The notes: generated by a model from the sequence alone, not told the origin. Shown: positions 30,720 through 45,209, numbered from the stretch's first letter. The stretch is 64,000 nucleotides of DNA from the human T2T-CHM13v2.0 reference genome, Homo sapiens (GCF_009914755.1 NC_060928.1), one strand, 5' to 3'. A program made the numbers and translations.

Positions 30720-31650
30720 GGGTCTGAAATTAGGGTGAAAAAAGTTTAAATACAATAGAAAATTCCTCCGAGAAGTACTAAACGGAGCTTTGTCCTCACT
30801 TAATACTGAGCTTTAAATTTATAATCCTAGTGTCAAAAAAAACCATCATATGACTTTAACTTCAAGTATGATCCTGGGTTGGTAGCATGTGGGGTTGCTG
30901 GTAGAAGCAAAATTATACCCATTCTAAAGAAACAAACCTCAACACTTTCAAGATTCTTACACTTACGAAGAACAGGGACATATGAATCCATAACTCCAAA
31001 TTATAGAAGCACAAGAAGAACAAACACCAGAGCAAGAAATTACAGAAACAACCACCAATAGTATTAGAATCTCCTTCCCCACCTAGAACTGCAGATATTG
31101 AAATTATCAGCCACAGAGTAAAAAGTAGTATATCCCTTTATGTTTAAGGAAGTAAAAAAAATGATTAAGCAAAAAATTACCACCAACAATGCCAGATAAC
31201 CTTGGGAAAGATCAAACTCCTAGTAATGAAAAAGAGTTGGAGTTATAATCTCAGTTGATAAATAAAAGACTAGGCACAGCTGAAAACAAATTAAGAAATT
31301 GGAAACAAAATTATTAGGCAGCTCATATAGAAAAGGGCTTAGAAAATATGAGTGTTAAACAGACCTGTAATTTATGATGACAAGTTCTAACATCTTATAA
31401 TTAAATCAGAAAAATATAGTAGAAAATGAGGAAGAGATAATATTAGAATAAATTAAAAATGAGAAATAAAAAAATACATGATGGTGTGAATCCACAGGGT
31501 ATGGAAGCAAAACAAAGCTTAAACAAGATAAACACGAATAAACCCAGATCCAGACAAATCACAGTGAAACTGAACACAAAGACAACGCAAAGATTAGAAA
31601 GGTGGCTGAAGAGCAAAAGAAATATTATCTGCAAAGGAATAATATAAATA
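30720..31650 (+). mobile_element. HAL1/L1ME 5'/ORF1 remnant
   Basis: A-rich ORF1-like frame (31459..31647 NKINTNKPRSRQITVKLNTK). Confidence 0.5.
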
Positions 31651-31952
31651 ATAGCTAATATTTATTAATTGCTTATATTAGGCATTGTTCTATTCACAAT
31701 ATTAACTTATTTCATCCTATAAACAACACAATGAAAGAAATATAGTGATTATTTTATTTTTTAAATATAATTTTATAATTATGAAACTGCTACCATGTTT
31801 GGATTCTTTTTGTCTTCAGTACTCTAATACTCCACAATGATACTTCTAGGTGTAGGATTATTTTCATCCATTTTACTGGACACTCAGTTAATTCTTTCAA
31901 AAATGGAGATTTCTGTCCTTCAAGACTTGTGGATTTTAAAAAATTATTTAAT

Positions 31953-32487
31953 TGTTTATTTCCTGTCCTCTATTTCTGTTTCCTATTTTTGACACACCTA
32001 TAATTTAAACCTTGGAGTTCCTGGATGTATTCTCTAAATTTTTTGTGGGATATTTTACAATGAAATATTCTATATAACTTAAAGTGACACTTATCAACAT
32101 GGACAAATCTTACAAACACATAGTTAAGTGGAAAATGTAAGTGACAAAGAAAGTATAAAATTAAAATAAAACAAAACAATTTCTATAACATCCAAACAAA
32201 AAATAATTTTGTGTGTATGTATACACATACACATATACATGTATATTGATGCATAGGTGCAAAAGAATAAAGTTATTTGTTAAGAATAAAAATTATCAAA
32301 TATTAGAATTAGTATTACTTTGGGGGGAGAGTAAGTAAGAGGATGAAATTGGAGAAGAGTACAAAGAAATGTCCAAGATTACTGATATTTTATTTCCTAA
32401 CTCATGATTGTTACATGAATGTTTAAAATGTTTTATGTATTTTTGTATGTTTAAAGTATTTTAAAATAATTTTAAAAGCACTTAAGG
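31953..32487 (+). repeat. Inverted duplication, copy A
   Basis: Reverse complement aligns to 39094-39609 along its whole length. Confidence 0.92.
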
Positions 32488-33268
32488 AGATTCAAGTTAA
32501 GCCTAAGCAAATTTTTGTGAGTCCTCTAAATGATTCGTGATTTCTCAACTAAGAAATACACTTTATGAGTTAAAGGGTAGTCAACTCTTGCCATTTGAAT
32601 TTGTTCCCTGGAAGACCAAGTTTATGAAATATTCTCAAATATATTGCAAAAATACAAAGAGATAAAAATTATTCACAGACAGATAAGGAATTTGAGGGAT
32701 TGATCTAGAGAAATGGATATGTACATAATAACAATGCTAGAGTAGAAAAAAGAATGGAAGCAAAATTTAAACAAACATTAAGCTAAAGACAAAGAAACTG
32801 AAAGAGCTAATTGAGTTCTAGTTGATTGAGAAGGAAAGACGTAACTAGGCATTTCCTGCTTGCCATAACTTTTTGAAAGTAAGGTTCTTAAGGATAGAGA
32901 AACAAATCCTATGAGCTTCTTGACAAAAAAGAACACATTACTTACAAAGAAAAAATAAAATGAGTATAAAAATATGTAAGGTTTATTAATTTTACTAGCC
33001 AAGTGTTATATATCCCTATATAATCATATTTTATCAAAATGTCTAAATTTCTGATTTTTAATGTGTGTGTTATATTTTTGGTGCATACCAGTTTATGATA
33101 GTTATAAATAATGATTTATAGCATCACAAAACGTCCTTTAATGTTTTGAACTTTACACCTTATCTAAAGTTAATATTGCCATTCCTGCTTTCTTTCTTTT
33201 TAATCATTAAAAAATCATAAAAATTTTAATTCAGAGATAGAGCTCAACATTAACAAGGATTAGTTATA

Positions 33269-33580
33269 TGTTATCATCGTTATTTCAGGTCACCAAATGG
33301 TTTCACTTAACCCTTTCTGGGCATATAGTAGATTGCTTTTGCTGGCTTCCCTGTGGTTGGGTGAAGCCATGTGACCAGTTGAGTTGTAACAGAATGTGAC
33401 ATTTTCACTTTCAATTCCAATCAGAATTCATTGACAGCAAAACCTCCAGCGCTCTCTTTCTCCTCTTAAATGTGCCTGACAGCATCCAAGTGATGGATAC
33501 AGTCCAGGCCTTGGAGAGAGATGACAGAGAGATGACACAAAGTAGTCTGCAGCTGATGATGGACAAGTAGCAAGAGTAAT
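33269..33580 (+). mobile_element. Old MaLR LTR fragment (MLT1I/J-like)
   Basis: ccctgtggttgggtgaagccatgtgaccagtt...ctccagcgctctcttt. Confidence 0.5.
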
Positions 33581-33738
33581 CTTAAAGTTTATGAGGAAGA
33601 ATAAAATTTCAAAAATAAAGCATAAATGTGAAAAAGAAGAGGAACTGAAGATAATCTAAAGCCCTTAAACTCAAATAATGATATTTGGCATTGATAAGGG
33701 AACAGAAAACACCCTCAGAAATATGTAGACACTCAGTA

Positions 33739-34947
33739 TGGTCATGTGTCATTTAATGATGGGGATACATTCTGAGAAACATCTCATTAGGTGATTGCAT
33801 CATTGTGTGCACATCATAAAGTAGACATCCACAAACCTGGAATTGTATAGCCTATTACACATCTTGGCTACATGGTATGGCCTATTGCTCCTAGGCTAGA
33901 AACCTGTAGAGTATGTTACTGTACTCAATACTATAGGCAATTGTAACATAAGATAAGTATTTGTGTGTCTAAACATAGAAAAAGTACAGTAAAAATACAG
34001 TATAAAAGATTGAAAATGGCATACCTTTATAAGGCCCTTACCATGAATGGGGTTTGCAGGACTGGAAATTGCTCTGGGTGAGTTAGTTGAGTGGTGAGTG
34101 ACTGTGAAGGCCTAGAACATTACTATACACTACTGAAGACTTTATATAGGCTACACTAATTTTTTAAAAAATTTTCTTTCTCCAATAATAAGTTAACCTT
34201 AGCCTACTATAACTTCTCTACTTTATAAACCTTTTAATTTTTTAAAACTTTTTGACTCTTGTAACACTTAGCTTAAATTTTTAAAACTTTTTGACTCTTT
34301 TAACACTTAGCTTAAAACACAAACACATTATACAGCTATACAAAATTATTTTATTTATATCCTTATTCTATAAGCTTTTTTCTAATTTATATATTTTAAG
34401 TTTTCTGTTACTTTTCAAATATTTCAGTTATAAACTAAGACACAAACACACACATTAGCCTACGCCTGTTTAGGGTCAGGATAATCAATATCACTGTCTT
34501 CCCCTCCACATCCTGTCCCACTGGAAGGTCTTCAGGGGCAGTAACACGCATGGGGTTGTCATCTCCTAGGATAGCAATACCTTCTTCTGGAATGCTTCCC
34601 AAAGGACCTGCCTGAGGCTATTTTACATTTAACATTTTTGTTATGACATTCTAAAATAACAATTAAAAGTATGGTAAATACATAAACCAGTAACAGTCAT
34701 TTATTGTCATTATCAAGTATTACGTGCTGTTCATAATTGTATTGCTATACTTGTATACGACTTGCAGCTCAGTAGGTTTGTTTACACCAGCATCATCACA
34801 AACATGTAAGTAGTGTGTTGCGCTATGATGTTTTGCTGACTACAGTGTCATTAGGCAATAGGAATTGTTCAGCTCCATTATAATTAAATGGGACCACCCA
34901 ACAACGTGTTTCATCATTGATTGACATTTTATGTGGCATATTGACTG
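33739..34947. mobile_element. Tigger3b-like DNA transposon (~1.2 kb), inside old L1
   Basis: TIR-like ends ggtcatgtgtcatttaatgatggggatacattctgag and atgtggcatattgactg; characteristic internal ctcctaggctagaaacctgta. Confidence 0.85.
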
Positions 34948-34949
34948 TT

Positions 34950-36250
34950 TTCACTGTAGTAATGCAAATGGTGGTAAATCAATAGATAACTTACTAAATG
35001 ATGGTAGCATAACTATCTATATGGAAGAAAATCATGGTATATCCTTATAGAATACAATATGTAAAAAATATGTTTCCAATAGGGTAAGAATTTGAATGAA
35101 ACAATAAAACAAATAAAAAATGCTTACAATAAAATTTAGGAGGCTAAAAATATAATCCAGGGGCGGGAAAGATCCTCTTAACTAATACCAGAAACCCACA
35201 AACTAGAAGGAAAAATACAGACAAATTTGACTATGCATGAAAGTTTTAGTGTAGTAAAAAATATTATAAACAATGTAGTCTAAAGATAATATACTTGCAA
35301 AAATAGTTGTAGTATCTATGACAGTAGAGGGTTAATATCTATACTATATAATATGCTTATTATCATAGCATTTTCTGTTTTCTATCTTTTGTCCACTTTT
35401 CTGTATTATATTGTCTCGGGGTATTATACGTTAACTTGTAACACATAATACAGTCCAAATGGCCAATTTGTATATATGTATTTGTGTGTGTCACGCACAA
35501 ACACACACACACGAGAAAAATGCTAAGTCAGAAAATCTAAAGTAACAGCAAGCTATCATTTTTTACTCATCAAAATATAAAGATATAAATATGTAATAAA
35601 ACTGCTATTAGGGATTTGGAAGAAAGGTATGTTCTTTAATTACTGAGGAAACTGTGAATTGTAATGTCTTTTTTGAAAGCCATCAGGCAATATATGTTTT
35701 GATCCAGCAATCCCACTCCTGGGATTCTATATTATGATAATCAAGTAACCAGTAGATAAAGAAATAGATATGTACAAGAATGTTTATTGCAGCATTGTTC
35801 ATAGTGACAAAAAATGGAAAACAAAGTGAATGTCAATAAATGGTTGAATAATTACCACACATTCCATTTAATCACATTATTAAATATGATATATGATATA
35901 GCCATTAAATACATAGAACTCGTAGAACTATATGAGTTGGGAGAATGCTCCATGAGTTACTGGTGAGTGAGAAAAGCAACATGTAAGAAAGCATACATAA
36001 TGTGATCCAATTTTTTTAAAAAACAATGACAAGTAAAACCACTATATCCATATACAGTATATAGAAGAAAATATGGAAAAGTGTGTTATTAATGTGGATT
36101 ATGGAGATGGGAGGAGCTCATAGGGAACGAGAAAGGAATAAGCAAAAAGGGAAGATTAATGCCAGAAAAGGTGGGGTCAGCACTAAAATGTATATTCAAC
36201 ACCATGATAAATATACTTAATGTAAAATTTTAGATATATGTGTACATGTT
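34950..36250 (+). mobile_element. L1ME-type 3' region
   Basis: ttttgatccagcaatcccactcctgggattctat, gaatgtttattgcagcattgttcatagt. Confidence 0.65.
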
Positions 36251-37813
36251 TCAAGATATTAACAAACTTCATAAAATGAAATGTAATAAGAAGAGAAATT
36301 CTAAATATTATACTTATAGGAAGGAATAAAAACATTTTACACCACAGTTCCTTCTAGCACTTTCATACATAATAATAAGACTTATAACCCACCCTTCCAA
36401 GTACATATACTTGTGTAATGTGTTTTAAATCCCTTTGCTCCAATACACAAACTGAAGAACCTTAGGTAAATTATTTAACCTCTCTGAATGTAAATATTCT
36501 TATTAAATTGAAGCTAAAAATATCTACCTTACAAAAATGTGATGCAGAGCAACAGAAAATATTTATAGCAGCACCTCCCCAGCATGTGGCTGGCACCTAG
36601 AGAAGTGAAATAACATTTGAAGAATAAATTAGCCACTGGAAAATTTTAATGTTGACTTTTCATTTTCCCAGCCACCTGTTTCTTACTCAAAGGCTTCAAA
36701 TTTTAAAAGGAAGAGAGGGATATTTCAAATTAGATAGTGATAAGGAAATAAATCATGCTTATAACAAGCCTCTTAAGGGATCAAATGGTTTTAGAACCTT
36801 TAGGCAGGAACCTTTAGATCCTATGACCTATGACCTAGAGTCACCAATATAATACTAATATTACTAAAGTTAAGTATTTTTCAAATACAAGATTTCAACT
36901 CAAATTAATACGGCTTTTTTCTTTGCTCTTTATCCCTCAGTCTATTTCAAAGATGAGGGAATATGTTTTTGTACAAAGAGACAGACAATTAGGAAGCTAA
37001 ACTGAATAGCTACAACATAAGGTAACATAAAATTATGGAAACCCTGAATTGCCACCAAAAATAATAAAAAAAAACTCATCTCTTTACTGGAAGATTTTGT
37101 AGTTTTGTAGAGATACTCTGAACATTTACAACTGTCTTATACAGCCATAGTAAAATATACATTCTGTTTATTTGGAAAAGCATTTGTGTCTCCCAAAAGC
37201 CTGCAATTAACATCCCTCTTCTTTCTCTTACCAATTTCTTACTTCATTCTTGTTTCTTTACTTTATTACCATACATAAAGAAACATAAGCTTTCTTCTTA
37301 GCACATATCTTCCCAATGCTTACATTGTTACAGTGTTGCTTTATTGAATTATTATTAATCTTCCACTGCTATTATACACAAGCATTCAACCTCAACCTGC
37401 TTTCCCTAGAAAAAAACATATAAGGTGTGAAATCTTTGCTTCACTCACATTGGCATTCTGGAGTCTAAAGTAGATCAAATTCAGTGGAATAATAATGTCA
37501 TGCATCAATGTCTTTTCTTCCTATTTTGTACCAACATAATGAATTCTCAGAAATCAGAGCTGTCACAATTATATGAAAAGAGACATGAGTATAGCTTTTA
37601 CCTACTAAACAACTCTCATTTTATTAAAAGCCTATGACTAGAGATGAAAATAAAATAAAAAGCCGAAAAAAGATAATCATAAAATAAGCATATTCTTGCT
37701 ATTCAAAACTTGAAATAAGAACATAACAGAAATCTAAGATGGCAGATAAATACATATCACTTAAATACAATTTAATATACTAACTCTAGTTTACTTTTAT
37801 TAGACTTTCAGAG

Positions 37814-38218
37814 TGTCACAGGTCACGACTATCTAGTGCCAGTATCATGCAGGTGATAAGAAGAATTTACCAAGACAAGGGCAGATTTATTAGAGAAAGT
37901 ATGAAAATACACTGCAAGAGTGCAACAGGCAGGACAGCAAGAAAGGAGCTGACTGCAATGAGACAGAGGCTTGCTGGAGATGTTTATAGGATGACGCTTG
38001 TGCTATGTGCTGAAAAGGGCTTTGTGCAGTACTGGTAACACCAAGGCTGCAGTGAGCTAACTTGTATTTTTCTATCAGCCAAGAGTCTAGTAATAGCTGG
38101 GTGCAGGAAGATGTGTCCTGGACCATGAAAAAGGCAGACTTTATAACTTATCTGTTTTTTCTTTCACTTTCCCCTGCTCCTACTGGCCTGACTTCTTTTC
38201 CCTAATTAGGACTCCACA
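37814..38218 (-). mobile_element. LTR32 (ERVL) solo LTR with 5-bp TSD
   Basis: TG...CA termini; end ttttccctaattaggactccaca; TSD CAGAG at 37809-37813 and 38219-38223. Confidence 0.85.
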
Positions 38219-38465
38219 CAGAGGTCCAAATTTTATTTATTGATTTAGAAATTTTATTAATTAATTCCTTTAAGTCCAATTCTATTTAGACTTTCCTTCT
38301 CTGCTGTATCCTTTTTCTACACTGTGGAAGGCCATTTATCCAGAGCGTCACAATGCCCTCCACTGCTGGTAGATTTTACATTTAAGGATAACACTGATAA
38401 ATGAAGGTGATACATATTAAAAATGAGTTTCTAGGTCTCCAACAAATAAAAAAGAGTATACCTTC

Positions 38466-38903
38466 TGTTAAAGGTTGAGTTGTATCTCCCAAAAAGATAT
38501 GTTGAAGCCTTAACACCCGGTACCTGTGAATATGACCTGAGCTGGAAATAGGATCTTTGCAGATGTAATCGAGTTAAGATGGAGGTTCATTATATTGAGT
38601 TAAGATGGGCCCTGATTCGATGACTAGTGTTCTTAAAATGGAGAAAATTTGGACACAGAGACACACAAGGAAGAACACCATGGAATTATGGAGGTAGAGA
38701 TTAGAATGATGCATCTACCAGCCAAGAAATGCCAAGCATTGCTGGAAACCTCCAGAAGGTAGAAGAGGCAAGAAAGAATTCAACTCCTATGGCCTTCAGA
38801 GGGAGCATGGTCCAGCATAGCCTCCAGACCTGTGATATATTTGTATTATTTTAAGCTACCTAGTTTGTGGTGCTTTGTTACGGCAGCCTAGGAAACTCAT
38901 ATA
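38466..38903 (+). mobile_element. MLT1B/C-like MaLR solo LTR
   Basis: tgttaaaggttgagttg...aaataggatctttgcagatgtaat...tttgttacggcagcctaggaaact. Confidence 0.8.
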
Positions 38904-39093
38904 TCTACTAACTTACTCGTTTCAAGCAATATTGCCAGGAAGAGCTGATACAGACAGGGCTTCTAACCAACAACAAACATAAAAATATTGGAAAATTTTT
39001 TAAAAGAAAAATCAATATATAGCTAAACTTCAAAGAAAGAAAAGAAAGTCCTCAGGAGCAAGAAAGGAATAGGGAATTCAGGCCAGAAATGAA

Positions 39094-39609
39094 CCTTAAG
39101 AGCTTTTAAAATTATTTTTAAATATTTTAAACATATAAAAATACACAAAACATATTAAACATTCATGTACCAATCATGGATTAAGAAATAAAATATCAGT
39201 AATCTTGGAATTTCTTTGTACTCTTCTCCAATTTCATCCTCCTACTTACTCTCCTCCCAAAGTAATAATAATTCTAATATTTGATAATTTTTATTCTTAA
39301 CAAATAGCTTCATTCTTTTGTGTGTATGCATCAATATACATGCATATGTGTATACATACACACATAATTTCGTTTTGTTTGGATTTTCTAAAAATTGTTT
39401 TGTTTTAATTTTATACTTTCTTTGTCACTTACTTTTCCCACTTAACTATGAAAGATTTGTCCATGTTGATAAATGTCACTTTAAATTATATAGAATATTT
39501 CATTGTAAAATATCCTACAAAAGATTAGAGAATACATCCAGGAACTCCCAGGTTTAAAGTGTAAGTGTGCCAAAAATAGGAAACAGAAATAGAAGAGAGG
39601 AAATAAACA
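39094..39609 (-). repeat. Inverted duplication, copy B
   Basis: Reverse complement of 31953-32487. Confidence 0.92.
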
Positions 39610-39610
39610 T

Positions 39611-41072
39611 TCACTGCCCCAGGGCTTTCCAATCAGTAGGTGGCAGTCAGTAAGCCAGGTCTGTGTTCTTCCTTTCAGGGTAGCAAGTTCCCCCAGACCC
39701 TGAGCAGGTCCAGAGATGCTGTTTGGGAGCAAACACCATAAGGCTGGAGTCAAAAAACCTTATAAATGTACCTAGTGTTCTATTTCACTGCTGCTATGCT
39801 GGCATCTGGCATGCAGACCACAAGACAAAGTCCTTTCCGCTCTTCCATTCCCTTTTGACAGGCAGAGGAGCCCCTCCCCATGGCCATCACCACTGCTGGC
39901 CCACAGGGGGTTCTACCAGGCCACCCCAATGTTCACTTAAGGCCCAAGGGCTCTTCAGTCAGCTTGTGGTGAGTGCTGCTTGGCCTGGGACTCACCCTTC
40001 AGGGCAGTGGGCTCTCCTCTGGCCCAGGAAAGGTCCAGACATGCTGTCCAAGAGCCCAGGCCTGGACTTGGGGACCCCAAGAGCCCACTTGGTGCTCTGC
40101 TGCACTGTGGCTAAGCTGGTACCTGAAACCAGCATGGCTCAGGGTTTCATCCAAGGCCAATGGTGTACTATCTGGGTATCACTGCTGGTTATTCAGGGCC
40201 TAAGGGCTCTTTAGTCAGCACGTGAGTAATCCTTCCAAGACTGGATTTTTCCCTTCAAGGTAGCTGTTTCCTTTCTGGCACAGGGTGTGTCTAGAAATGT
40301 CATCTGGGAGCCAGGGTGTGGAACTGAGGCCTCATGACTCTGCCTGGTGCCCTAGTCTACTGTGTCTGAGCTGGTATCCAGGATGCAAGACAAAGTCCTC
40401 TTTACTATTCTCTCTCCTCTCCTCAAGCAAAAGGAAGGTGTCATTTTTGTTGCTGCAAGCTGCGCTGCCTGGGGTTGTGGGAAAGGCAGTATAAGCATTC
40501 CCTTTCCTGTGACATCTGTTGTCACACTAGGTAACTCACTGCCCCAGTCCACTTGTCTAAGCCCAGCACAACATCAGGACTTGCCTAAGAATTGCAGTCC
40601 TTGTATCCTAGACTGCTTTTCAAATTTACTTATGACCCCAGAGTACTTTAAACCACAGTGGCAAGGCTTGCCAGAACTGAAGTTCCAACTGCTGGTATGG
40701 GCACTTCCCCTTTGCCTAGGTCTGGTCCAAATGCTCCCCTGTGAGAAGGTCCCAGCTGAGTTGAGCATGGTTTTGTTTTCAACTGTGACAGAGCAGCACT
40801 GAACTCAATGCAAAGTCCCCCATCACTGTGCTCTCCTTCCCCTAAGTACAGATTCTCCGTGCCACGTGGCCACTACTAAGGAAGTGGGGAGGAATGGCAT
40901 CAGCAATTCAAGAGTGTCTTTTCTACTCTTTTCAGTGCCTCTTTCAGAGATATAAAGTTAAAATTAAGTACTGTGATTGCTCTTCTGATTTTTGGTTCTT
41001 AAGAAGATGCTTTTTTGTGTGTGCAAATAGTTGTTAAAATGTGTTTCTGCAGAGATAATCAGTAGTGGAGTC
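39611..41072 (-). mobile_element. Isolated L1MA-type 5'UTR (no ORF1/ORF2 body)
   Basis: Repeated cccttcagggcagtggg...ggtccaga units; 5'-proximal ttcagtgcctctttcagagatataaagttaaa. Confidence 0.7.
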
Positions 41073-41968
41073 TTGGCTATGGTAAATGTGATTGCATTCT
41101 TGATTTGGCTCTCAGCTTGAATGTTATAGGTTTATAGGAATGCTACTGATTTTTGTACATTGATTTTGTATTCTGAAACTTTACTGAAGTTATCAGTTCC
41201 AGGAGCCTTACAGTAGAGTCTTCAGCGTTTTCTAGGTATAGAATCATATTGTTAGTGAAGAGAGATAGTTTGACTTCTTACTTAACTATTTAGATGCCTT
41301 TTATTTCTTTCTTTTCCTAATTGCTTTGGCAAGAACTTCCAGTACTATGTTGAATAAGAGCAGTGAGACTGGGCATCCTTGTCTTGTTCCAGTTCTCAAG
41401 GAGACTGCTCCCAATTTTTAGCTATTCAGTATAATGTTGGCTGTGAATTTGTCACAGAGGGCTCTTACTATTTTGAGGTACGTTCCTTTGATGCCTAGTT
41501 TCTTGAGGGTTTTTATCATAAAAGGATGTCGAATATCATCAAAAGTTTTTTCCACATCTATTGAAATGATCATATGGTTTTTTGTTTTTAATTCTATTCA
41601 TACGGTAAATCACATTTATTGATTTGTGTATGTTGAACCAACCTTGCATCACAGGAATGAAGCCTAGGTGATCATAGTGAATTAACTTTTTGATGTGCTA
41701 CTGGATTCATTTTGCTAAGGATATTTGCGTCTGTGTTCATGAGAGATATTGGTCTTCAGTTTTCTTTTTTCATTGTGTCTTTGCCAGGCTTTAACAAAAT
41801 GGAGATGCTGGTTTGGTAGAATGAGTTACAGAGGAGTCCCTCCCCTTCGATTTTTTTTTTGAGGGGGGCGCGGATAGTTTCAGTAGAATTGGTACCAGCT
41901 CTACTTTGTACATCTGTTAGAATTCAACTATAAATCTGTCTGATTCAGAACTTGTTTTTGGTTGGTAG

Positions 41969-42290
<322 letters not shown>

Positions 42291-45209
42291 TTTGGTAGGT
42301 TTATTACTGATTCAATTTTGTAACTCGATATTGGTCTATTCACGGTTTTGATTTTTTGCTGATTCTATCTTGGAAGATGGTATGTTTCCAGGAATTTATC
42401 CATTTCCTCTAGGCTTTCTAGTTTGTGTGCATAGCAGTGTTTGTAATAGTCTCTGAGGATCATCTGTATTTCTGTGGGATCAGTTGTAATGCCATCTTTT
42501 TCATTTCTAATTGTTCTTATTTGGATCTTCTCTCCTCTTTCTTTTTTAACCTAGCTAATAGCTTAACAATCTTGTTTATACTTTCAAAAACAAACTTTTG
42601 GTTTTGTTGATTCTTTGTATGAAATTTTAGGTCTCAATTTTGTTCAGTTGTGCTCTTTTAGTTTTCTTCTGCTAGCTTTCAGGTTAGTTTGCTCTTGTTT
42701 CTCTAGTTCCTCTAGGTGGGATGTTAGATAATTAATTTGAAATCTTTCTAACTTTTCAAGTTAGGTGTTTAGTGCTATAAACTTTCTTCTTAACACTACT
42801 TTTGCTGCATCCCAGAGTTTTGGTATGTTGTGTCTCTGCTTTTATTTCATGAAAGAATTTTTTTAATTTCTTCCCTAATTTTGTTGTTTACCCAAAAGTC
42901 ATTCAGGATTATGTCGTTTAATTTCCATGTAATTGTATAGTTTTGAGAGTTTTTTGGTATTTATTTCTACTTTTATTCCACTGTGTTTTGATAGCATGGT
43001 TGATATGATTTACTCTTTTTTTCAACTCAATAGGACTTGCTTTATAGCTGAGCATGTGGTTGATCTTGGAGTATGTTCTGTATGCAGAAGAGAAGAATGT
43101 ATACCCTGTGGTTGGTGAGTGGATTGTTCTACAGAGGTCTATTAAGTCAAATTGGTCAAGTGTCAAATTTATGTTCAGAATTTCTGTGTTAGTTTTCTGC
43201 CTCAATGGTCTAATGCTGTTGCTGAGGTTTTTAAGTCCCCTACTATTATTGTGTTGCTAAGTCTTTTTGTAAGTTTAGAAGTTCTTGTTTTTTGAATCTG
43301 TATGTTCCAGTGTTGGGCGCATATATATTTAGGTTAATTAAGTCTCATTGCATTGAACCCTTTAGCATTATGTAATGGCATTTCTTGTTCTTTTTTACTG
43401 TTGTTGGTTTAAAGTCTGTTTTATCTGATGTAAGAGTAGTGACCTCTGTTCTTTTTTGCATTCTGTTTTTGTAATAGATATTTCTCCAATCCTTTACTTC
43501 TGGCCTATGGGTGTCATTACGTGTCAAGTGGGTCTCTTGAAGACAGCAGATGGATGGTCTTTTTTTAAAATTCGATTTGCTATTCTGTGCCTTTTAAGTA
43601 TGATATTCAGACCACTTACATTCAAGGTTAATATTGATATGTGAGGCTTTGATCATATCATGAAGTTGTTAGTTCGTTGCTTTGTAGTTTCTATTGTGTG
43701 GTTGCTTTATAGGGTCTTTGAACTATGTAATTAAGTGGGTTTGTGTGGCAGCATGCTTTTGTTTCTAAATTTACGACTCCCTTGAATATCTCTTGTAAGG
43801 TTTGTCTAGCAGTAATAAATTCCCTTAGTATTTGTTTGTCAGAAAAAGATTTTATATCTCCTTCACTTATGAAGTTTATTTTGGTCAGATATGAAATTAT
43901 TGGTTGGAATTCCTTTTCTTTAAGAATGCTGAAACTAAGCTTCCAATATCTCCTGGTTTGTGAGGTTTCTGCTGAGAAGTCCACTCTTAGCCTGATGGGG
44001 TTCCCTTTGTACATGATCTGATATTTTTCTTTAGCTGCTTTTAAGAGTTTTTTTCTTTAGCATTGATCTTCTGCAGTCCAGTGACTATTTTCCTTGGTGA
44101 TGTTCATTTTGTACAGTATCTGAAAGATGTTCTATGAATTTCTTATATCCGGATGTCTACCTCTCTAACAAGATTAGGAAAATTTTCTTGAATTATTTCC
44201 TCAAGTATGTTTTTTAGGTTGTTTTCTTTTTCTCCATCCCTCTAATGAATTCCAATAATTCATAGGTTTGGTCACTTTACATAATCTCATATTTCTTGAA
44301 GACTTTGTGTTTTAAAATTCTTTTGCCTTTTTTTTTTTTTTTTTTGTCTGACTGGGCTAATTCAAAAGACTGGCCTTCAAGCTCTGAAATTCTTTCTTCT
44401 GCTTGATCCAGTCTATTGGTAAAGATTTACATTGTATTTTGAAATTCCTTAAGTAAGTTCTTCAATTCCAGAAGCTCTGATTGTTTTCTTTTTAAGATGT
44501 TTATCTCTTCTTTTATTTCCTGAATTGCTTTAGAAGTTGTTACTTCATGTTGATTTTCAACCTTGTCTTGGATCTCATTGAGCTTCCTTGCAATTTATGC
44601 TTTGAATTCTTATCTGTCATTTCTGGGTATCCACTTTGGTTAGGGAACATTGCTGGAAAGTTAGTGTGATCCTTTGATGATTTCACTACATTCATGTTTT
44701 TAATGGTGCCAAAATTCTTACACTGGTCCCTTCTTATTTGGAGACATTGTGGCACTTCTAATTATTGTAATTATTTTCATGTGGGTAAGATTTTTTCTTT
44801 TTCTTTCTTTCCCTATAATATTTTTGATATTTTTGGTGGTGTTGTTCTTTCCTTTTCCCTGCTCCAGATAGAGTGTGACTTTAGAGAATGCTGTAGGACT
44901 TTGGTTTTGCTTTTCCCTATGCACTTCTGTCCTTGGGTTTTACATTGGGCTGTGCAGTTTGTCCTACAGGCCAGTAGGTGGCCCTTAGGAGTAAGAGCCG
45001 GCTGTGGCCAATGCAGCTGGGTATATACTTGATTACTGTTTACTGGGAGATCTCTTGCCTCAGGCAATGGATTGATTCATGAAGTGCACAGTACTCTGAG
45101 CTCCCTCCTCATCTCCAGAGAGCTGGAGGGCAAGATGAGCAGGGACAGACTGGGTAGGTCCCCCTACAGGTCCCCGGATGGGAGGCACAGGCAACAGCCC
45201 TGAGGGAGA

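Noticed and set aside
39723-40802. 163-aa and 146-aa ORFs
   Set aside because: Antisense frames of a GC-rich L1 5'UTR with no protein-like features
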